Below are positions 1 through 5,713 of a stretch of 11,948 nt of DNA, one piece after another (position 1 is the first letter of the stretch; each line of letters starts with the position of its first letter). The DNA comes from Promethearchaeati archaeon (GTDB lineage Archaea; Asgardarchaeota; Heimdallarchaeia; Heimdallarchaeales; Heimdallarchaeaceae): NCBI GenBank assembly GCA_013166775.1, contig JABLTJ010000052.1, positions 1 to 11,948 on the forward strand, read 5' to 3'. The position numbers were made by a program, and so were the translations under genes. The notes under the pieces are model-generated. The model saw nothing but the letters and a program-made list of their open reading frames with translations, ran no database searches and was not told the DNA's origin.

Positions 1-225
1 TATATGCTTTATCGTAACTGAATTTAAGGGTACTTCAACACCTTCTCTTCTCCCAAATTCGATAGGAATATCAAATCTAGTTACAGATTCTTTTGAGAAT
101 TTAATGGAATTCTCCAGCTCAATGACTGAATTCTCTAATGCATATACTCCCTTTATCCTTGGTATTGCAAAATTTTTGAAAAAGATTTTTTTAGCTCTTT
201 TAATGAACGACATTTCTTGGGACAT
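1..225 (-). CDS. Hypothetical protein, N-terminal 75 aa, running off the left edge of the window
   Basis: Not in the ORF track. Manual translation from ATG at 225 (in-frame TGA just upstream) is open to base 1: MSQEMSFIKRAKKIFFKNFAIPRIKGVYALENSVIELENSIKFSKESVTRFDIPIEFGRREGVEVPLNSVTIKHI. A TATA-like box lies at leaderless spacing upstream. Confidence 0.7.
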   Translation of the reverse strand, partial: MSQEMSFIKRAKKIFFKNFAIPRIKGVYALENSVIELENSIKFSKESVTRFDIPIEFGRREGVEVPLNSVTIKHI

Positions 226-248
226 TCAAATTGTTCTATTCAGCTTAA

Positions 249-266
249 TTTTTTAAACCTTTGCGA
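249..266 (-). promoter_or_regulatory. Putative archaeal BRE/TATA promoter for the gene starting at 225
   Basis: The minus strand reads cgcaaagg-TTTAAAAA. The box ends about 24 nt before the ATG, the spacing expected for a leaderless archaeal transcript. Confidence 0.5.
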
Positions 267-307
267 GAAAACTGTTACTTCTTATTCTATCCCTAGTTTA
301 TCTTATT

Positions 308-679
308 TTAATCACCAGTTGGCTTTACTAAATAATCTTCAATCATTAGAATTGCGGTTCTTTCAGAAGCTTTAGTTTTGTGCATCATTCCTTTAGGTAC
401 AACTATACTCTGCAATGGAGATAATTTAATTTCGTTGTTTTCAAATTCTACTATTAATTTTCCTTCTAAAACCAAGAAAAATTCATCTCCACTATCATGT
501 TTATGCCAATGGAATTCACCTTGAATAATCCCCAATCTTACTACACTATCATTCACTCTACAAAGAGAATAATTTTGCCATTTTTTCTGAGATTCATTTA
601 TAATTTTCTGAACATCAATTAAATCAAGATGATTAAAGAGGACATCTGTGCTTATGGAATATCTATCTTCATTTTTCAT
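308..679 (-). CDS. Cupin-domain protein (cupin_2 / mannose-6-phosphate isomerase-like small cupin)
   Basis: Cupin motif 1 is GEFHWHKHDSGDEFFLVLEG and motif 2 is SIVVPKGMMH. ATG at 679 (MKNEDRY..., 123 aa) is preferred over the TTG at 712. Confidence 0.9.
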   Translation of the reverse strand: MKNEDRYSISTDVLFNHLDLIDVQKIINESQKKWQNYSLCRVNDSVVRLGIIQGEFHWHKHDSGDEFFLVLEGKLIVEFENNEIKLSPLQSIVVPKGMMHKTKASERTAILMIEDYLVKPTGD

Positions 680-792
680 ATTATTCACAATAAAACTTAA
701 ATCGCTGTTCAAAAACCTATCCTTCCAAATTTACAGAAGATATTATTAACTAGAAATCTTTTGCTTGTTGCTCTCTAAATTAATGTGATAAT

Positions 793-1191
793 TTGACAAA
801 AGAAAATAGTGTTTATCTTGAAACATCAAATCTTACTCTGAGATTAAGTAGACATACTAAAGGAATCATGATAAGTCTTGGAATTCTTGTAGTTTCAGCA
901 TCATTAGCTACTGTTGGTACGATAATTGACGAATGGATTACTATGACACTTGGTTATGTTGTAGCAGGAATTTCAAGTGTTTCTTATTTAGTATTCTTTA
1001 TTCTGTTTATTATCAGCGTTATAAAATTTGGCAGGATAGAGAAAGATTAGATTGGTGTAACAAATGCGATTTTTGCTTCTTTTCTCTTTGCATTCTTCTT
1101 CACGCTTGCAGGTTTTGCTGCTATTTATGGAGATATAATGAGTGGTGATCCCTCGTTCTTCATCTCAAGAATATATGGAAGTGGTAAATGA
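793..1191 (+). pseudogene. Small multi-pass membrane protein gene interrupted by an in-frame TAG at 1048-1050
   Basis: ORF 793-1050 encodes two TM helices. The same frame continues past the TAG as IGVTNAIFASFLFAFFFTLAGFAAIYGDIMSGDPSFFISRIYGSGK, which contains a third TM helix, to a TGA at 1189-1191. Confidence 0.6.
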
Positions 1192-1846
1192 TTAACTGCT
1201 CCATCGTACATGGGTTTAGGTTCAAATAGATCAAATAGTGCGTAAATTATGACTATACTCCCAACGGTTCGTATCATATAACCTAGTGGATAGAGAAGTG
1301 GAAGAATTTGAAGGTGATCTACATCATTTTCTAGCTTCTTTTGAGATTTCCTCAAGATAAATATTCCTGCGATAGCCAATGAATTAATTATAAGGGATAG
1401 AATTACATAAGTAAGAAATAATCTTGAGGTTAAATATGGATGCTCTGGAAAGTGTCAAAACTTAATAACAAAAGCTATAAAGACACTAAATTTTGAAAGA
1501 GTAATTAGGGGAATTATTAGTCGGAAAAAATCCTTAATACTCTTATAAATAGTAATAGAATGAAGATTTCTTTTATAAAAACGGTTAAATTGAAAATATC
1601 CTAAAAAGGAAAGAACTCCTCTATTGATGAAATAGGGATAAAAACAAAAAGAGAAAGCATAAGAAAAGTAGCTACATCACTGTAATTACTTTTCAGATAA
1701 TTCTCAATAATAAAAGAGAAAACTAAAGCTAGCATTATCAAATCCAATACAAATGTTATAGTTATATTACGGAATAGTTCCTGAAAAAAGTGACTTGTGT
1801 TTTTCTTTTTATCCTGAACTATTTGCTCATTCACGGTTATTCTCAC
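1125..1846 (-). pseudogene. Polytopic membrane protein gene (~240 codons) broken by a frameshift near 1620 and an in-frame TGA at 1457-1455
   Basis: Track ORFs 1601-1846 and 1125-1379 join into one protein: ...FVFIPISSI [shift at atagaggagtt] GVLSFLGYFQFNRFYKRNLHSITIYKSIKDFFRLIIPLITLSKFSVFIAFVIKF*HFPEHPYLTSRLFLTYVILSLIINSLAIAGIFILRKSQ.... This gives about 5 hydrophobic helices, with helix 2 spanning the shift. Confidence 0.7.
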
Positions 1847-1993
1847 AAGTATACTATTACATGAACTAAATCAGTTTTTTAGTTTTCTCCTTTTTTGCAT
1901 TGAAATGAAAAAGAAAAACAGCTAAAAACAATAAGGTGTTCTTATTAGATTGAGCCATATCCAAGAAGGGGACCTTCATGCAAGGTTTCTTTA

Positions 1994-3046
1994 CTAGGAA
2001 TAGGTTGAAATCAATTCTTCAAGTTCTTCTATGAGATTCTGCTTTATACGACTTATTTTTTCCCTCTTTAATCGTTTTTCATAATCAGGAAGCCATTCTA
2101 AATCATCCATAAGTTCTATTAAAAAGAATGCAGGTCTTTTATTCCAGTATGTTTCTTCTATAGGAATGTACTTCTCATAACTGTCTCTGAAAACCTGGAT
2201 CAGTTTCTTTCTTTCGTCTTTGTCTATAACTACAAAATTCCCTAATAGTTTTTTCTCACATCGTGCTAAATCAAAGTGTCTATTTACAAAACAAATCATT
2301 TCTAGGTCAATAAAAGCTTGAACTTTCTCTTCTTTAATAATCACATTATCTCCATTAAGATCTAAATGACTGTACCCTAAAAGAGATTCTTCATATTTCA
2401 AGTATTTTTTGTATTTATTCCACAATTTCTTGCATGAAGGATAATATTGTTTGAAGTTCTTCTTAAATCCGTGTTTCACAGCTTCCTTGTAGCTTTCTGC
2501 TAAGCTATAATAAGTGCTTGAAAACTTTCTTTTCTTATATTTCCATTCCTCAAAAATAATCTCTTCATTTTCTAAGAAAAGATTACCTCCAATTCCTTCA
2601 CTTCCAGGGTAAACCTCAGCATGCATCTTTCCAACTATTGCTCCTAATTCAGAATAAAGCTTCTTCTTCTGTTCAAAATTTAATGCATCAATTACATTAT
2701 CTAGAGTTTCTCCTTCAATGTATTCATAACAATAGTAAGATTCAGGTATTATCTCTCCTGAATTATCTTTAAAGAGAATGTTTGGTACAGGAAAGAGTTT
2801 TTTCTTTTTCACAAATAATATATTTCCTATCTGATGCTCGAATCCTCTTTTATTCCTTTGATCAATGATTCGAATAACAAAATGGAAATACTCTGGTTTC
2901 TTCACTGTCACCTTTAACATATAGGCACTCAAACCTTCTATCATTGGTTTGATCTTGATGATTTCGAACTTCTCCAAGAACATCGAGCAAATTTGTTTTA
3001 CCTTTATCTCGTCTAGTGAAAAACTCAAATTGAAGCTTTCAGACAT
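1994..3046 (-). CDS. Aminoglycoside phosphotransferase / choline kinase family (APH-like) phosphotransferase
   Basis: Catalytic loop HLDLNGDN (HxDxxxxN) and Mg-binding FIDLE (DFG equivalent) are present. Other matching segments are PVPNIL, YEYIEGETL, LGAIVGKMH and FDLA. 350 aa. Confidence 0.9.
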   Translation of the reverse strand: MSESFNLSFSLDEIKVKQICSMFLEKFEIIKIKPMIEGLSAYMLKVTVKKPEYFHFVIRIIDQRNKRGFEHQIGNILFVKKKKLFPVPNILFKDNSGEIIPESYYCYEYIEGETLDNVIDALNFEQKKKLYSELGAIVGKMHAEVYPGSEGIGGNLFLENEEIIFEEWKYKKRKFSSTYYSLAESYKEAVKHGFKKNFKQYYPSCKKLWNKYKKYLKYEESLLGYSHLDLNGDNVIIKEEKVQAFIDLEMICFVNRHFDLARCEKKLLGNFVVIDKDERKKLIQVFRDSYEKYIPIEETYWNKRPAFFLIELMDDLEWLPDYEKRLKREKISRIKQNLIEELEELISTYS

Positions 3047-3154
3047 TTACATCATCTACTCGTATCTAATACAAAACTACTTTTTGTTTTAAGATTTACT
3101 TCAATTATCCTTTCCTATCAAAAAAGATTTTTATTATAGCGTATTAAATTGTCA
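3047..3154. promoter_or_regulatory. Divergent promoter region between the APH-like gene and the histidine kinase
   Basis: AT-rich gap. The plus strand has aaaaaga-TTTTTATTATA (about 3121-3138) shortly upstream of the ATGs at 3155 and 3158. Confidence 0.45.
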
Positions 3155-4672
3155 ATGATGAGCGAATCTGAAGACATGAAGTTAGAGCTTGAAAACCTTA
3201 GAAAATCTATCAAAGGTTTAAGATCAGTTTATAATCAATCACCTGTAGCTTTCGCAACAGCAAATAAAGAAGGTTTCTTTATAGAAGGCAATAAAGCAGT
3301 CTTAGATTTGCTTGGATTAGAAGATTTAGCTCATCTTCAGAAATTGAATCTTTTTCAAGATCCCAAACTTTCCGAAGAAGATAAAAAGTTACTAAAGAAA
3401 GGTAAACCAATTGAATACTCGTCAATATACGATTTTGATCTCTTGAGAGAAGAGGGTTTTTTTGAGACTTCAAGAACAAGTAAAAGCTGTTTTGATATTT
3501 TTATATCTCCATTCTACATAAGAGAACTAGAACAAGCAGGATATTTTTCAGTAGTAATTGATAGTACAGCAAGGAAAGAAGCAGAAGAAAAACTGAAAGA
3601 AAGCGAAGAGAAATTAAAATTACTTTTTCAAAATGCAAACGACAGTATTTTTATGATCAAAATAAGCGATGAAGGAGAACTTGTATCTTTTGTTGAGGTT
3701 AACGAAACCACAAGTAAATGGACAGGTTATACAAAAGAAGAATTTTTGAACATGCCACCTTTAGACCTTATCCCTGATGATATGCTCGAAGAAGCAGAAG
3801 ATACTATCAAGATTATAATGGAGAAAGGATTTCTAACTTCGGAGATAGAAATTGTCACGAAAAATGGAACTAGAATGCCATTGGAACTCAGTTCAAGTCT
3901 TCTTTCGCTCGATGACGATTATTTTATTTTGATTATTGCAAGAGAAATTCTTGAAAGAGTTGAAACCAGAAAAGCAAGAGAAGAAGAGATTCTAGAAAAA
4001 ACTCTATTTCTTGATATTGTAGCACATGATTTTAGAAATTTCCAGACAGCTTCAAGAGGATTTGTTGATCAAGTTTTAGAAGATAAAGAAATTACACCAG
4101 ATATGGAAAAGAAATTTCTGGAAAAAACAAGATCTTCATTATTAAAATCTGAAACACTCTTTACTAATTTAACAATTTTAATGCAAAGAGAAATTCAGAT
4201 AGAGCATGAATTCAGATCAGTAAGCCTTCTGGAGAGCTTCGAAAATGCTGAAGAAGTACTAGAAGATCTTTTTATTGATAAAGAGATTTGCTTAAGTATT
4301 GAAAATATCACTCCCGAGCATAAGATAATCGCGGATACACTTTTTGACCAATTGATACTTAATCTTTTAACTAATGCAGTGAAATTCGATGAGCGAATGA
4401 AAGTTGAAATCAAAATTTCTATTGAAGTAAAGAAAGATAATACATGTGTTCTCTCAATAAAAGATGAAGGCAAAGGTATACATCCTGATGAGAGAGAAAG
4501 TATTTTTGAGAGATTTTCTCAATTTAAGAAATATGGTGAAGGGATGGGATTAGGTTTATTCATAGTTAAGACTCTTGTAGATAGATATAAGGGAGAGATT
4601 TGGATCGAAAACAGAGATGAAAAGGATTATACAAAGGGAACCATTTTCAAAATTCTGCTTCAATGTGTTTAA
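3155..4672 (+). CDS. Soluble PAS-PAS sensor histidine kinase (HisKA + HATPase_c)
   Basis: PAS1: VYNQSPVAFA...NKAVLDLLG. PAS2: LFQNANDSIF...VNETTSKWTGYTKEEFLNM...KNGTRMPLELS. H-box: VAHDFRN. N-box: NLLTNAVKF. G1: DEGKGI. F-box: IFERF. G2: GMGLGLFIVK. No TM segment. The start is TTG 3149 or ATG 3155/3158. Confidence 0.95.
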   Translation: MMSESEDMKLELENLRKSIKGLRSVYNQSPVAFATANKEGFFIEGNKAVLDLLGLEDLAHLQKLNLFQDPKLSEEDKKLLKKGKPIEYSSIYDFDLLREEGFFETSRTSKSCFDIFISPFYIRELEQAGYFSVVIDSTARKEAEEKLKESEEKLKLLFQNANDSIFMIKISDEGELVSFVEVNETTSKWTGYTKEEFLNMPPLDLIPDDMLEEAEDTIKIIMEKGFLTSEIEIVTKNGTRMPLELSSSLLSLDDDYFILIIAREILERVETRKAREEEILEKTLFLDIVAHDFRNFQTASRGFVDQVLEDKEITPDMEKKFLEKTRSSLLKSETLFTNLTILMQREIQIEHEFRSVSLLESFENAEEVLEDLFIDKEICLSIENITPEHKIIADTLFDQLILNLLTNAVKFDERMKVEIKISIEVKKDNTCVLSIKDEGKGIHPDERESIFERFSQFKKYGEGMGLGLFIVKTLVDRYKGEIWIENRDEKDYTKGTIFKILLQCV

Positions 4673-4806
4673 AAAATTTAAGTGTATTTGGATCTTATTT
4701 TTCTTAAAATTCTTTCATTTTCAACTTTGTTTCTCTTCTGGTTTAAATATGAATTCCTCCCATATTCATTTGGAGCAGAGTACTTTGTTAAAAAGAACTC
4801 TCTTCC

Positions 4807-4880
4807 GGGGGGGGTGGAATAAACCCCCTCCCAAACCTATCTTCTCTATTATCCACGGGGGGAGGAAATCCCCCACACCC
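4807..4880 (+). repeat. Two related G/C-rich hairpins (degenerate direct repeat, ~50-nt period)
   Basis: Hairpin 1 (4807-4831) is GGGGGGGGT-GGAATAA-ACCCCCTCC, 9 bp with one G-U pair. Hairpin 2 (4858-4874) is GGGGGA-GGAAA-TCCCCC, 6 bp. They are followed by CAAACC and ACACCC respectively. Confidence 0.8.
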
Positions 4881-4895
4881 TTCTTTTCATTTTTT
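4881..4895 (+). terminator. Possible terminator U-tract after hairpin 2
   Basis: TTCTTTTCATTTTTT lies just 3' of the hairpin-2 unit, downstream of the plus-strand kinase gene. Confidence 0.35.
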
Positions 4896-4947
4896 CATCA
4901 AAATTAATTTTGAAAAATTCATTTAAACTTGAAGTTTGATATACTAA

Positions 4948-4970
4948 GACAAATTTATATAAAGGTTTCA
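4948..4970. promoter_or_regulatory. Palindromic TATA box TTTATATAAA (4954-4963) with BRE-like flanks on both strands
   Basis: Plus strand: gacaaa-TTTATATAAA, about 36 nt before ATG 5000. Minus strand: tgaaacc-TTTATATAAA, about 31 nt before ATG 4922. Confidence 0.6.
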
Positions 4971-4999
4971 TATTCAAATTATATAGAGGATTCTCTAGA

Positions 5000-5686
5000 A
5001 TGAAGAATAGAACTGCTATCTATTTCATTATTATGTTAATAGGTCTTCTTTTCTTTATTAATGATAGCTCAGCTTTTTATTCTATTCAAGGTTCTCTAGT
5101 AATTGATAAATTTCATTCTATTAATGAAATCATCATAATCGAAGGTATCTACTTCTTTGTTATTGATAACACTGGAATAGTATCAAACAATTTTGACAGA
5201 AATGACACATATGTCGAATATGCAATTAGATTCAATGCAACTTGGAATGAAGATAAAACGGGAGAAGTATTAATATATAATGGATCTTACGTTATGATTC
5301 CTATCAGTTTCGAATTTGAGGATGTATTTGTTACTGAAATCAGTCTAGAATTCAACTCCACAAGTAGAGTCTCGTCTTTTGTTACTTCCGATACTGGCTT
5401 TGCTAATTATCTTGAAGATATAGCTAAATTGGAACCTGATTCGATGATACCTGTAATCATAACTGTTGTAGCAGTTGGAGCTTTTCTAGCAGTTCTAGTC
5501 GTTTTTATTTCATTTAGAACTAGAAGAGTAACTCCAATATCAAGAATTTTCAGAAAAACAAGACGACCTCTACCAGCAGTAAAATGTGATAGTTGTGGAG
5601 AGGAAAATCCACCAGGAACCACTATATGTAAATTCTGTGATGCTAGAATTAAAGATACTGGAGAAAAAATTAGAAGTATTGGATAA
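5000..5686 (+). CDS. Exported single-pass membrane protein with a cytoplasmic C-terminal zinc ribbon
   Basis: Signal peptide MKNRTAIYFIIMLIGLLFFINDSSA. The beta-rich ectodomain has N-x-S/T sequons (NDT, NAT, NGS, NST). The TM helix IPVIITVVAVGAFLAVLVVFISF is followed by a basic stretch, then CDSCGEENPPGTTICKFCDA (5585-5638, zinc_ribbon_2/DZR type). Confidence 0.85.
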   Translation: MKNRTAIYFIIMLIGLLFFINDSSAFYSIQGSLVIDKFHSINEIIIIEGIYFFVIDNTGIVSNNFDRNDTYVEYAIRFNATWNEDKTGEVLIYNGSYVMIPISFEFEDVFVTEISLEFNSTSRVSSFVTSDTGFANYLEDIAKLEPDSMIPVIITVVAVGAFLAVLVVFISFRTRRVTPISRIFRKTRRPLPAVKCDSCGEENPPGTTICKFCDARIKDTGEKIRSIG

Positions 5687-5713
5687 TAAAAGAAAAGGAA
5701 AAGAAAAAGAAAT
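5687..5713 (-). terminator. Oligo-T terminator region between convergent genes
   Basis: The minus strand reads atttctttttcttttccttttctttta immediately after the stop of 5714-8185. Confidence 0.55.

Noticed and set aside
933-1148. 71-aa Cys-rich ORF on the plus strand
   Set aside because: It is an alternative frame of the 793-1191 membrane gene. The Cys, Tyr and Phe richness is what shifted Val, Ala, Ile and Leu codons produce.
1994-3046. Antibiotic-resistance (aph) gene call
   Set aside because: Only family-level motifs are visible, so the substrate cannot be assigned.
3279-4473. Antisense ORFs 3279-3479 and 4195-4473
   Set aside because: Shadow ORFs fully inside the well-supported kinase gene.
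4741-4772. Possible SECIS downstream of the TGA-containing small ORF (minus strand AUGAAUAUG-GGAGGAAUU-CAUAUUUA)
   Set aside because: It has AUGA and a loop AA, but the 3' side lacks the GA needed for the kink-turn core and the stem is too short. It folds as a plain hairpin.
4807-4880. CRISPR mini-array, CsrB/RsmZ-type sRNA or G-quadruplex call for the twin hairpins
   Set aside because: There are only two degenerate units and no cas genes. The loops do not match the CsrA ANGGA consensus well and CsrA is bacterial. The G-runs have adjacent complementary C-runs that favour hairpins.
4617-4907. 96-aa plus-strand ORF across the hairpin region
   Set aside because: It overlaps the kinase 3' end by 56 nt, its composition is dictated by T-tracts and G/C runs, and it has no recognisable domain.
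793-4922. Genome-wide stop-codon reassignment to explain the three in-frame stops
   Set aside because: The lesions involve both TAG and TGA plus a frameshift, and the long genes contain no internal stops. Local decay is the simpler explanation.
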